A stretch of DNA of 64,000 nt from Oscillospiraceae bacterium. GTDB lineage: Bacteria > Bacillota > Clostridia > Oscillospirales > Oscillospiraceae. Positions 16,532 through 26,247 of the stretch are shown piece after piece. The notes under the pieces are model-generated. The model did no database searches and was not told where the DNA came from. It worked only from the letters and a program-made list of their open reading frames with translations. Each line of letters opens with the position of its first letter. Position 1 is the stretch's first letter. The position numbers and the translations under genes are program-made. Where the stretch lies: NCBI GenBank assembly GCA_017416325.1, contig JAFQCV010000006.1, positions 72,844 to 136,843 on the forward strand. The letters run 5' to 3'.

Positions 16532-18439
16532 TTAAGCGAACATATACCATTTATCTGTTTTGGAAAGATCCGCTACAGTACCTTCGGGATCGCGGTAATC
16601 AAACAAAGTTTTCTCGTTCAAAAAATAATTAACAGGCAAAGCAATGCCATAACCGCCTTTTGTCAGATAGCTGTTGAAATTACGGCTCATGTAAATGAGC
16701 TCGTCACACTCCGGATCTCCGACACTGACTTCTTCCCGATCAAGCATAGTATAACGGAAAGCCATACGAAGAAGCCGCACATTATTTGCGGCAGTTGCAT
16801 CGTACATGGCAGCATCCAGAGCCTGATCAAACAGAGAATAAATCTTCTCAGCATCAATGGTTTCCCGAAGCTGCTGGGATGCTTTGTTCAGAGGAAGATC
16901 ACCCTTGTTTGTGTCTTCGTAAATACGGAAGATTTCTGCAACATAGCTTGCTCCCTTGCCGAAAAGCTTGCAAATGCTTTGAATCTGATCTTCCAAAGAA
17001 AGATCGGTATCGTAGGCAGTTCTGCCAAAGCAGTAAAAATTCAAAAGGTTGTTCCAAATGTTGAAGCATTCGATTTGTGTGGAGCTGCCGCTGATTCCGT
17101 TTTCTACATAGAATTTGTAAATTGGCTGCATTTCATCAGCAGCAGGGAGAAGACGATGCCGATTGCCGTAATTGCCCATGTAGTATTCATAAACATTGAC
17201 ACTATTTGTCAATTTACGGAATTTCAGCATATTGTCGGCGATTTTTGTTCCAATAATACCGCGGCCTTCAGCGTTTCCGCAGGCGCGCAGTCCACCGTTT
17301 GCAGCAGAGGCCCAAACGGTCTGTCTCAGACTTAAGCCGTCCTCCATGGACATATTGTCAGGACAGTCCCACAGATCTGTATAGGAGCAAACACCAATGG
17401 TCACTCCAGGGTGAACTTTTCTTACTCGACGGATTAATTTGTTGGCAAAAGAAAGGTAGTTCTCCATTTTGTTGTGCTTTGAACATTCTTCGCAGCAGCA
17501 TTGCGGAGCGCGAAAATCATTGGGCGAAAAGGCGATGTTTTCAACCAATGGATTTTTGTCAACCCAATGGATGATGTTTTTGGCAATTTCTTCGATACCT
17601 TCTTCATTGCTGCAGCACCAAACAAGCTGACCGCCAAAACGACCGGATTCGGTGGGGTGCCAGCGTGTTCCGTCTTCCTCCAGGCGGAAATAGGTGGGAT
17701 GCTCCTCAACATAGCGAATGGAAATATCCTTGTTGCCAAAAGGCGGCAGCCAGGTTTCGATGGCGTGATGACCGCCGACGGTTAGCTTAAAACCACGTTT
17801 TTCCAGTTCCGGCAGCAGACCCATTTCTTTAATTTGATCATAAACTCCGGTCCAGGTAGAAAAAGAGTTGAAGCGGTTTTTTATCAAATAGTCAAAAAAT
17901 GGCACATTGAGACTATGCTCGGCATCATATGCCCAGTTGTTGTACTGGACATGAGCGCTGCGGCAAGTCAGATCTGCTTTTGCTTTGGTGTAGACTGTAT
18001 TTTCCAAGAAAAGTTCATTATAGACAGGAACGATTTCTCCGCCAATTGTTCCGGGTTTTGTAAAAGCGCCGAAGCAGCAATGCAGATATCGCTCTAAGTA
18101 CTCATAGACGGCATATATTAAGCCACGATTATGTCCGTCACCGTCCTCGCTGCCGGCAATGACTGTAGCGGCATCACTGATTTTGATATAGATGCCCTCA
18201 GGACCGGGGATGTTGTTGACAAAATCTTCACTACTGATGATTGACGATGCAGATGCATTTCTGTCGGGACAACCAAGGATAAAGGTATATTTGCCTGTTT
18301 CCGGAATACTTGCAATGGGGGCTACAATACCGATGCATTTTTTGAGATAAGCGGCCAGCTCTTCTGCGGCAAACTGCTCCGTGGGCATTGGGTTTTCAGG
18401 TGTAACAATAATGGCAGATAAATTTTTGTGCAATCTCAT
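16532..18439 (-). CDS. DUF4838-like protein (GH67/GH20-N-like domain + putative TIM barrel), probable carbohydrate-active enzyme
   Basis: N-terminal FAAEEL..YL...G, G..YAVYEYLE..L, HP.YF, QL.WCCSN, PND....CCCEEC and YEYY patterns; no signal peptide; AGGAG RBS. Confidence 0.6.
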   Translation of the reverse strand: MRLHKNLSAIIVTPENPMPTEQFAAEELAAYLKKCIGIVAPIASIPETGKYTFILGCPDRNASASSIISSEDFVNNIPGPEGIYIKISDAATVIAGSEDGDGHNRGLIYAVYEYLERYLHCCFGAFTKPGTIGGEIVPVYNELFLENTVYTKAKADLTCRSAHVQYNNWAYDAEHSLNVPFFDYLIKNRFNSFSTWTGVYDQIKEMGLLPELEKRGFKLTVGGHHAIETWLPPFGNKDISIRYVEEHPTYFRLEEDGTRWHPTESGRFGGQLVWCCSNEEGIEEIAKNIIHWVDKNPLVENIAFSPNDFRAPQCCCEECSKHNKMENYLSFANKLIRRVRKVHPGVTIGVCSYTDLWDCPDNMSMEDGLSLRQTVWASAANGGLRACGNAEGRGIIGTKIADNMLKFRKLTNSVNVYEYYMGNYGNRHRLLPAADEMQPIYKFYVENGISGSSTQIECFNIWNNLLNFYCFGRTAYDTDLSLEDQIQSICKLFGKGASYVAEIFRIYEDTNKGDLPLNKASQQLRETIDAEKIYSLFDQALDAAMYDATAANNVRLLRMAFRYTMLDREEVSVGDPECDELIYMSRNFNSYLTKGGYGIALPVNYFLNEKTLFDYRDPEGTVADLSKTDKWYMFA

Positions 18440-18562
18440 TTTTACAACTCCTTTTTATCGGGGCGACCTTGTGTGCATTGTAATAATGTGATCTTAAAAA
18501 GTCAATGAAACACAAATCAATTCCAAACAAAATAGTAGTTCACAAAATATCTGTAAAAAAAA

Positions 18563-19309
18563 CTAGTCCAGATCCATGGCGACAGCAACATCCAGCGCGA
18601 TTTCCATCATTTGGGTAAAGGCTGTTTGACGTTCTTCCGAGGTGGTTTCAACCCCTTTTAAAACGTGGTCGGAAATGGTGCAGATACAAAGGGCGTTTTT
18701 GCCGTACCGCGCCGCGTTCATATATAAAGCGGCAGCTTCCATTTCCAGCGCCATGACACCCATTTTCTTCAGTCCGTAGATGCTGTCAAGACCTTCGGGA
18801 ACGCCGATGTGATCCCCGTAGAAAACATCGGAGGAATTTACATTTCCAACATGATAGGTCGCACCGTGGGCTTCAGCTGCTTTGACAGCTTCGCTGAGCA
18901 ACCGGTAACTGGAGATCGGCGCAAAGGTTCCGGGCAGGTGGAACTGGGCGGCAAAATTAGAGTCTGTGCAGGCGCCTTGTGCGATGACGATGTCGTATAG
19001 ATCAATGTCATCTTGAATAGAGCCGGCAGAACCGACACGAATGATGTTTTCCACACCGTATCCGTTAAACAGTTCGTGGGAATAGATGCCAATGGCAGGC
19101 ATGCCCATTCCGGATGCCATAACGGACACGCGAACCCCTTTATAATAGCCAGTGTAGCCCTGAACACCTCGCACATTGTTAACAAGGACAGGCTCTTCAA
19201 GAAAGTTTTCAGCAATAAATTTAGAGCGCAGAGGGTCGCCGGGCATTAAGACTGTTTTGGCAAAATCACCGGGTTTTGCGGAAATATGGGGAGTGGGAGT
19301 TCGAAGCAT
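18563..19309 (-). CDS. deoD: purine-nucleoside phosphorylase (DeoD type)
   Basis: PTPHI.A..GD.AKTVLMPGDPLR, NNVRG, GMGMP, IIRVGSAG, EME, ISDH, ERQ. Start at ATG 19309 after AAGGAGG. Confidence 0.95.
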   Translation of the reverse strand: MLRTPTPHISAKPGDFAKTVLMPGDPLRSKFIAENFLEEPVLVNNVRGVQGYTGYYKGVRVSVMASGMGMPAIGIYSHELFNGYGVENIIRVGSAGSIQDDIDLYDIVIAQGACTDSNFAAQFHLPGTFAPISSYRLLSEAVKAAEAHGATYHVGNVNSSDVFYGDHIGVPEGLDSIYGLKKMGVMALEMEAAALYMNAARYGKNALCICTISDHVLKGVETTSEERQTAFTQMMEIALDVAVAMDLD

Positions 19310-19343
19310 AATTTGCGCCTCCTTCAAGGTTGAATTTGGGTCG

Positions 19344-20012
19344 TTAATAAGAACCGTCCTGAGACAGGCCCTTGGCGATCTTCACAATTCGGCTGGTTCC
19401 AAGTCGGGATGCGCCTAAAGCAAGAAACTTTTCAGCGTCTTCCAAGCTGCTGATACCGCCCGCTGCTTTGATTTTTACATGAGGGGCAACATGCTTTTTA
19501 AACAACGCAACATCCGCAAATGTAGCCCCGCTTTTGCTAAATCCAGTGGATGTTTTGATATAGTCGGCGCCGGAATCTGATACACATTGGCATAGGGCGA
19601 TTTTTTCGTTCTCGGTAAGCAGGCAGGTTTCGATGATAACTTTTAGCAGCTTACCGCCGCATGCAGCTTTGATGGCGGCAATTTCTTTTGTGATTTCTTC
19701 CCATTTCCCGTCTTTTGCCCAGCCGATGTTAATGACCATATCCACCTCATCTGCGCCGTTTGCCACGGCGTCCGCCGCCATAAAACACTTGGCGGCTGTT
19801 GTGGCGTAGCCGTTGGGAAAACCGATAACTGTGCAGACTGGGAGCTTATCACCCACATATTCCTTAGCCTGTCTTACAAAGGATGCCGGAATACAGACGG
19901 ATGCGCAATGAAAATTTAGTCCATCGTCACATATTGCCCGAATCTCATCCCAGGTCGCGGTTTGTGTCAGCAGGGTGTGATCGCAGGCGGCGAGAATCTG
20001 TGCAAGCTTCAT
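19344..20012 (-). CDS. deoC: deoxyribose-phosphate aldolase
   Basis: [46 protein letters not shown]. Confidence 0.95.
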   Translation of the reverse strand: MKLAQILAACDHTLLTQTATWDEIRAICDDGLNFHCASVCIPASFVRQAKEYVGDKLPVCTVIGFPNGYATTAAKCFMAADAVANGADEVDMVINIGWAKDGKWEEITKEIAAIKAACGGKLLKVIIETCLLTENEKIALCQCVSDSGADYIKTSTGFSKSGATFADVALFKKHVAPHVKIKAAGGISSLEDAEKFLALGASRLGTSRIVKIAKGLSQDGSY

Positions 20013-20068
20013 AGTGTTTCTCCTTTAGAGTATTTCAGATATTACGTATGATGTTAAAATATCAGCGG

Positions 20069-20905
20069 TTATGTGATTTCGTAACGCTCGGTTATGGGGA
20101 TTTCTTGGTGATCATCTCTGGGGCAGCAGCCAAAATACTGAACATAGGCGCGATAAAAGGTGGAATAGTCTTGATATCCGCTGGTTTGATAGATCTCCGT
20201 GGGTTTACGCCCTTGCTGGATCTGTTGCCGTGCATAGAGCAGCCGTTTGACTGAGATATATTTACCAATAGATGTTCCGGTTGCTTTTTTAAACCTGCGG
20301 CACAGCTCCGCCCTGCTGAGATAAAAGGTGTCGCAAAGTTGCTGAATGGACAAGGGTTCTTCCAAATGACGGTTAATATAGCCGATCAGCTGATATTCTA
20401 CGGTGTTCGGTTCGCTAGATAGCGGGTTATGGTCAAACACATTTCCAATTTCCTGCAACAGTAAAATCAAATTTGCCAAACAGGAGAGGGGATTCGCCGA
20501 TGGCAAGGTTATGTTTTGAATATATGTCATATAGTTACCGCCGATCAGGTCTGTAGCGCGGTATAGATTTTGTTTTCCGGATTTTCGGTCAAACACCGGG
20601 CGTAACAGATGGTTTTCCGGGTCAACCTGCGCAAAAAAATCCGTATCGATATGGAATGAGATTCTTTCGTAAGGATACTGAGGGTCTGGTTCAAAAAAAT
20701 GCGCTTCCCCAGGCCGCATCAGAAGAACATCTCCGGAATGAAGAAGATATTCGCTGCCCTCTATGTGATAAGTACCCTTTCCCCGAATAAAACAGAAAAT
20801 TTCAAACCGGGGGTGGGTATGCATTTTAAACATCTTGGGAATCGGTGTTTCATCCAAGCTGTGAGAAATGGAAATACCCGGAAATTTGTGATTGCAAATT
20901 TGCAT
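20069..20905 (-). CDS. AraC-family transcriptional regulator
   Basis: Cupin N-terminus (HTH..FEI...G.G) and C-terminal double HTH (LCRRFKKATG...GYQDYSTFYRAY). Confidence 0.9.
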   Translation of the reverse strand: MQICNHKFPGISISHSLDETPIPKMFKMHTHPRFEIFCFIRGKGTYHIEGSEYLLHSGDVLLMRPGEAHFFEPDPQYPYERISFHIDTDFFAQVDPENHLLRPVFDRKSGKQNLYRATDLIGGNYMTYIQNITLPSANPLSCLANLILLLQEIGNVFDHNPLSSEPNTVEYQLIGYINRHLEEPLSIQQLCDTFYLSRAELCRRFKKATGTSIGKYISVKRLLYARQQIQQGRKPTEIYQTSGYQDYSTFYRAYVQYFGCCPRDDHQEIPITERYEIT

Positions 20906-21035
20906 AATACATCACCAATATGAGTTTATCACAGATAGATACGAATTGCAATATATTTTAGGAGTTAATGCAATTACATTACATTTACACTTCGTTTATA
21001 ATGACTGTGAAATCATAATAGAAAAGGGGTTGGCT

Positions 21036-21887
21036 ATGGATAAATTTCAACTCTATGCGTTTGCTGATGAGGCCGGAAGCAAAATGGATACCCAGATCCG
21101 CGCATTGCTGCGGAACGGTCTGAATGGACTGGAAATTCGCGGCATTGACGGAGAAAATGTTTCCGTTATTACCTGCGATAAGGCCAAAGAGGTTCGTAAG
21201 AAGCTGGACGATAACGGACTTGTTACCTGGTCTATTGGATCGCCCATAGGTAAAATACGTCTCGATGAAGATTTTGAGGCGCATCAAGATCTTCTCCGGC
21301 ACACCCTGGATGTGGCGAATATTCTGGGTGCAAAGAATATGCGAATTTTCTCTTTCTATATGCCGAAGGACAGCGATCCTTCTGTCCATCGCCAGCTGGT
21401 TATGGATAGAATGGGAAAACTCTTGGAGATTGCGGAGAAAAGCGGAGTTGCCCTTTGCCACGAAAATGAGAAGGGAATTTACGGAGACACATCCATTCGT
21501 TGCCGTGACCTCTTGGATACGCTGCCGAAGCTAAAGGGTATTTTTGATCCTGCTAATTTTGTTCAGAGTGGTGAAGATACCATTCAGGCGTGGGAGCGAC
21601 TGAAGGATCGGATTTACTACTTGCATATCAAAGATTCGTTAGAAGATTCCTGTGTAGTTCCTGCCGGACTGGGCGCTGGCAATATTCCCTACATTGTCAA
21701 GGAATATTTAGCCCGAGGCGACAAAGCCATGACCTTGGAGCCTCATTTGGTGGAATTTGACGGCTTGAAAGATTTGGAGGAGTCTGGCGATGTGAGCATC
21801 GTTGGTAAACACTTCTCTTATTCCAGTGCGGATGCGGCTTTTGACGCAGCATGTGCCGCGCTGAAGAAAATTTTAGCGGAGGTATGA
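21036..21887 (+). CDS. sugar phosphate isomerase/epimerase (xylose-isomerase-like TIM barrel)
   Basis: FADE, SIGSPIGK, HENEKGIYG, FDPANF, LHIKD and LEPHL metal-ligand motifs. Confidence 0.85.
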   Translation: MDKFQLYAFADEAGSKMDTQIRALLRNGLNGLEIRGIDGENVSVITCDKAKEVRKKLDDNGLVTWSIGSPIGKIRLDEDFEAHQDLLRHTLDVANILGAKNMRIFSFYMPKDSDPSVHRQLVMDRMGKLLEIAEKSGVALCHENEKGIYGDTSIRCRDLLDTLPKLKGIFDPANFVQSGEDTIQAWERLKDRIYYLHIKDSLEDSCVVPAGLGAGNIPYIVKEYLARGDKAMTLEPHLVEFDGLKDLEESGDVSIVGKHFSYSSADAAFDAACAALKKILAEV

Positions 21888-21889
21888 AC

Positions 21890-22639
21890 ATGGAAATTGG
21901 CGCACAACTTTACACGGTAAGAGAGCATTGTAAAACCTTAGAGGATTTTGCCGTCACCTTAAGAAGAGTGGCGGATATCGGTTACAAAACAGTACAGGTA
22001 TCCGGTGCTTGCCCCTTTGAGCCGGAATGGCTAAAGGCCCAGCTGGAACAGAACGGTCTGAAGTGTGTCATTACCCACACTGACGGAGCAAGAATCTGCA
22101 CAGAGCCTGAAAAGGTGGCTGCAGAGCATGATGTATTTGACTGCAAATACATTGGTCTTGGTTCTTATGGCTTCAATCCGGACAGAGGCGAATCTCTGGA
22201 GCACCTGCTGGCTACATACCGGGAGCCTGCTGAAAGACTGAAGGCCTGCGGAAAGTATTTTATGTACCATAATCACGCGAAAGAATTCAATCGCCAGGAC
22301 GGAAAGCTGATCTTGGATCATATCTGTGAGACCATTCCTGCTGATGTGATGGGAATTACTCTGGATACCTACTGGGTGCAGGTGGGCGGCGCAGATCCGG
22401 CGCAGTGGCTGGAAAAGCTGGCTGGCCGCATTCCCTGCATCCATTTGAAGGACTGCGCATTTGGTCAGCAGATGGCGGTGTTGGGCGAAGGTAATATGAA
22501 CTTTGACCGCATTTTTGAGAAGGCGGAAACCGCTGGCACAGAGTATATGCTGGTTGAACAGGACCGCTGCTACGACCAAGATCCGTTTGATTGTTTAACG
22601 CGCAGTTATCAATATCTGCGTGCCCATGGATTTGAATAA
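21890..22639 (+). CDS. sugar phosphate isomerase/epimerase, IolE-like TIM barrel
   Basis: GAQLYTVR, YHNHA.EF, LDTYWVQ.GG.DP, HLKD, G.GNMNF, VEQD. Confidence 0.85.
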   Translation: MEIGAQLYTVREHCKTLEDFAVTLRRVADIGYKTVQVSGACPFEPEWLKAQLEQNGLKCVITHTDGARICTEPEKVAAEHDVFDCKYIGLGSYGFNPDRGESLEHLLATYREPAERLKACGKYFMYHNHAKEFNRQDGKLILDHICETIPADVMGITLDTYWVQVGGADPAQWLEKLAGRIPCIHLKDCAFGQQMAVLGEGNMNFDRIFEKAETAGTEYMLVEQDRCYDQDPFDCLTRSYQYLRAHGFE

Positions 22640-22651
22640 GGAGGAATTGTG

Positions 22652-23836
22652 ATGGAAAAGATCAATCTTGGTATTATTGGCATTGGCAACATGGGCGCTT
22701 CCCATGCCAAAAAGATTTTTGAGGGGCAGTGCCCTGACTTCATTCTGACCGCTGTTGCGGATACGAATCCAGACCGGCTGGTCTGGGCGAAGGAAACCTT
22801 TGGTGATGCGGTTAAGTGCTTCGCTACTGCTGAAGAAATGCTGGACTCCGGCTGCGTGAATGCTTGTATCGTGGCTGTTCCCCATTTTGATCATGTTAAG
22901 TACGCAATTGAGTGCATGAAGCGCAGCATCCATGTGTTGGTGGAGAAGCCCGCCGGTGTGTATACCAAGCAGGTCAGAGAGATGAACGCAGAGGCTGATA
23001 AGCATCCCGAAGTTGTTTTTGCCATGATGTTCAACCAGAGAACCAATCATATCTATCGCAAGCTGAAGGAACTGATTGCTTCCGGTGATTACGGTCAGAT
23101 TCGTCGTGTTAACTGGATCATTACCGATTGGTACCGTCCCCAGGCATACTATGATTCGGGCGCTTGGCGCGCTACCTGGTCCGGTGAGGGTGGCGGCGCT
23201 CTGTTGAACCAGTGCCCCCATCAGCTGGATCTGCTGCAGTGGCTTTGCGGTATGCCTGTAAAGGTTCAGGCGCACTTGCACTACGGTAAATGGCATGATA
23301 TCGAAGTCGAGGACGATGTAACGGCTTATATGGAATTTGCCAACGGGGCAACCGGTGTATTTGTCACTTCTACCGGCGATGCCTGTGGCACAAACCGTCT
23401 GGAGATCCAGATGGACAAAGCGAAGATCGTAGCGTATAAGGGTTCACTGGAGGTTACGGAATACGAGGTAACTGAGCAGGAGTTTAGCGCGAAGAACACA
23501 GCGCAGTTCGGAAAAATGGAGATGAAAACCTTTGTTCCTGAGACAGACGGTGTGAATCCTCATCACATGGGCGTTATCCGTCCCTGGGGCGCTGCTATTC
23601 TGCGGGGTGAACCTCTGATTGCCGACGGTCGTGAGGGTATCAACGGCTTGATGCTTTCCAACGCCATGCATATGTCTGACTGGCTTGGCAAGGCCGTGGA
23701 GCTGCCTTTGGATGAAGACCTTTATTATGAAGAGCTGATGAAGCGTGTAAAAACATCCAGAAGAAAAACTGTCGAAGTTAAAGCAGTTGTTGCGGATATG
23801 GATTCCACCTATGGCAGTAAGATCACAGAGAAGTAA
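22652..23836 (+). CDS. Gfo/Idh/MocA family NAD(P)-dependent oxidoreductase
   Basis: GIIGIGNMG, HVLVEKP, WRATW.GEGGG.LLNQCPHQLD. Confidence 0.9.
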   Translation: MEKINLGIIGIGNMGASHAKKIFEGQCPDFILTAVADTNPDRLVWAKETFGDAVKCFATAEEMLDSGCVNACIVAVPHFDHVKYAIECMKRSIHVLVEKPAGVYTKQVREMNAEADKHPEVVFAMMFNQRTNHIYRKLKELIASGDYGQIRRVNWIITDWYRPQAYYDSGAWRATWSGEGGGALLNQCPHQLDLLQWLCGMPVKVQAHLHYGKWHDIEVEDDVTAYMEFANGATGVFVTSTGDACGTNRLEIQMDKAKIVAYKGSLEVTEYEVTEQEFSAKNTAQFGKMEMKTFVPETDGVNPHHMGVIRPWGAAILRGEPLIADGREGINGLMLSNAMHMSDWLGKAVELPLDEDLYYEELMKRVKTSRRKTVEVKAVVADMDSTYGSKITEK

Positions 23837-23856
23837 TCGGAAATTTTTACAGACCT

Positions 23857-23897
23857 ATACGGCTGATGTACGAATCGGTACATCAGCCGTATTTTAT
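23857..23897 (+). terminator. intrinsic terminator inside the oxidoreductase cluster
   Basis: atacggctgatgtac-(gaatcg)-gtacatcagccgtat then tttat. Confidence 0.7.
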
Positions 23898-23997
23898 CGT
23901 TTTCTGCGGAATTTACGGAATATTGAATATTGTTTTTTCAAGCAAACTAATTTAAAATAACAGTATACTACAATATTGCAGTTAAGGGTGGATGTGT

Positions 23998-25011
23998 ATG
24001 GCTGATAAAACTATTCGTTTTGGTATTTTGGGCTGCGGCGCTATCGCGCGTTTTCATGCTGATGCCATTGCAATGCTTGATAATGCAGAACTTATCGGTG
24101 TAGCGGGTTCTTCTTTGGAAAGCGCGCAGCGCTTTGCCCTTGGATATCAGGTTAAGGCATATGCTGATTATAACGAAATGCTTGCAGATCAGAATGTTGA
24201 TGCTGTGTGCATCTGTACCCCGAGCGGTTTTCATGCAGAGAATACGATGCAGGCCTTGCATGCGAAAAAGCATGTAGTCTTGGAAAAACCCATGACTTTT
24301 ACCAAAGCTGAGGCAAAAGCTATTGCGGCAGAGGCAGAGAAAAGCGGTTGTGTACTGACGGTGATCTGCCAGCTTCGGTTTTCTGAGGATGTACGCCGGG
24401 TGAAGAAGCTGCTGGCAGACCGTGCGTTAGGTGAGTTGGTGTTTTGTGATTTATACATGAAATATTGGCGCGATCACGCTTACTATGCCTCCAGCAACTG
24501 GAAGGGCACCCGCCGTTTTGATGGCGGCGGCGCGTTGATGAATCAGGGAATTCACGGTATTGATCTGCTGTTATATCTGGTGGGCAACGCCAAGGTTGTT
24601 CATGCCAAAAATTGCACACGGCTCCACGATATCGAGGTGGAGGATGCTTCTATGGCAATGCTTCAGTTTGAAAACGGCGCTATGGGTGTGATTGAGGCCT
24701 CTACCTGTGTCTGGCCCGGCTTTGAACGCAGACTTGAGATTAATGGAACGAGAGGCAGTGTAATTCTGGTGGAAAATCAAATTCAAAAATTGATCATCGA
24801 TGGGGAAACCTTGGTGGAAAGGCAGCAGAGGGCAGGAAACGGTACTGCCAGTAATCCTACGGCCTTTGCCTGTGATTTGCACGCTTTGCAGATTTCAAAT
24901 TTTATCGATGCCATCTGTGGTCGTGATGAGCTGCTTATTACAGCCGCCGAGGGCGGACGCGCCGTAGCTTTGATCGAGGAAATATATCAGTTCGGTCTCC
25001 AGGGGAGGTAA
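23998..25011 (+). CDS. Gfo/Idh/MocA family oxidoreductase
   Basis: GILGCGAI, HVVLEKP, WKGT..FDGGGALMNQGIHGID, EVED. Confidence 0.9.
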   Translation: MADKTIRFGILGCGAIARFHADAIAMLDNAELIGVAGSSLESAQRFALGYQVKAYADYNEMLADQNVDAVCICTPSGFHAENTMQALHAKKHVVLEKPMTFTKAEAKAIAAEAEKSGCVLTVICQLRFSEDVRRVKKLLADRALGELVFCDLYMKYWRDHAYYASSNWKGTRRFDGGGALMNQGIHGIDLLLYLVGNAKVVHAKNCTRLHDIEVEDASMAMLQFENGAMGVIEASTCVWPGFERRLEINGTRGSVILVENQIQKLIIDGETLVERQQRAGNGTASNPTAFACDLHALQISNFIDAICGRDELLITAAEGGRAVALIEEIYQFGLQGR

Positions 25012-25013
25012 TC

Positions 25014-25997
25014 ATGAACATTGCGTTTGCAGGTCTTCGCCATTGCCACATATTCGATTTGTATAAGATGGTGCAGGCGGATCCCAATTACAGAATTCTG
25101 GGCGCATTTGAAGCAGATATCGATGCCCGTCAGGAAGCTGTTCGGATGGGTGTCACTTGCAACTATTCCGCATATGATGCGCTGCTTGCCGACCCGCGGG
25201 TAGAGGCGGTGGCGTTAGGCGGCTGCTACGCAGACCATGGTGACATGGCAATTCGCGCACTTCAAGCCGGTAAGCATGTGATGGCGGATAAACCCCTTTG
25301 TACGGATCTTGCGGAATTGGATATGATAGAAAAGCTGGCGCACGAGAAGAATTTAAAGGTTAGTTGCATGCTAACGATGCGCTTTGAAAAGAAAATTCAA
25401 GCGCTAAAGAAACTGATTGGCAGCGAAGTCTTAGGTGAGATCAACAATGTATATTTTGGCGGTCAGCATCCTTTACAGTACGGACGGCGTCCTGCATGGT
25501 ATTACGAACCGGGCAAACACGGTGGTGTCATTAATGACATTGCTATCCATGGTATCGATGTGCTGAACTTTGCTGTAGGGCTGGAAGTGGATAAGACCCA
25601 TGCAGCCCGCTGCTGGAATAAGTTTGCTGACTGTGAGCCGGATTTTCGGGACAGCGCCCAGCTGATGCTCTCCGCGAAAAATGGCGCGGGAATTTTGGCA
25701 GATGTGTCCTACAGTATTCCAGATGGCGTAGAATTTTCGTTGCCGTATTACTGGCAGTTTTACATTTGGGGCACGAAGGGGACGATTGCTTTTTCGCTCA
25801 ACGAGAAGAATTCCTTCTATTTCCTGAAAGATTGTGAAGCGCCCATTCTATTGGAGGAACAACCTGTGGAAATCGACTATCTCACAGATTTCCGCAATCT
25901 GGTAGCCGGTCGTGAGGATGTTGTGCTTTCTATGGAGGAGTGCATCCGGGCAACCCGCATAACGCAGCAGATTCAAAAGCGGGCAATGAATGATTGA
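25014..25997 (+). CDS. Gfo/Idh/MocA family oxidoreductase (DKP variant)
   Basis: AGLRH.H, HVMADKPL, GGVINDIAIHGID. Confidence 0.85.
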   Translation: MNIAFAGLRHCHIFDLYKMVQADPNYRILGAFEADIDARQEAVRMGVTCNYSAYDALLADPRVEAVALGGCYADHGDMAIRALQAGKHVMADKPLCTDLAELDMIEKLAHEKNLKVSCMLTMRFEKKIQALKKLIGSEVLGEINNVYFGGQHPLQYGRRPAWYYEPGKHGGVINDIAIHGIDVLNFAVGLEVDKTHAARCWNKFADCEPDFRDSAQLMLSAKNGAGILADVSYSIPDGVEFSLPYYWQFYIWGTKGTIAFSLNEKNSFYFLKDCEAPILLEEQPVEIDYLTDFRNLVAGREDVVLSMEECIRATRITQQIQKRAMND

Positions 25998-26027
25998 TGG
26001 TTAAAATTCAATCCGGGTGGTTGAAGA

Positions 26028-26247
26028 AGCCGAGGGGAATCGATTTGCATTGATGGATTTTTGGAACATGAATCGATTGTAGTCTACAGTCTGCTGACTG
26101 CATCCTACAATCTATGGAATCTCCCACGGGCTAAACAAGTGTCCACCGGACACTTGTTTACACCGGCAATATTGCCGGCGCCGCCCTTTCGATTCCATCC
26201 CTCGGCTCCACCATAAAAAACAGCCGCCCAAATGGGCGGCGTTTTTA
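26028..26247 (-). repeat. structured element downstream of ssrA carrying inverted and direct copies of the tmRNA 3' end
   Basis: 16-bp direct repeat agccgaggggaatcga (26028-26043 = 26254-26269); 21-bp inverted repeat (26199-26219 vs 26242-26262); palindromes at 26132-26160 and 26163-26178. Confidence 0.8.

Noticed and set aside
16532-26043. A 10-kb integrative element inserted at ssrA
   Set aside because: The duplicated tmRNA end lies only ~220 bp from the gene; no distal att copy or integrase was seen, and deoC/deoD look like core genes.
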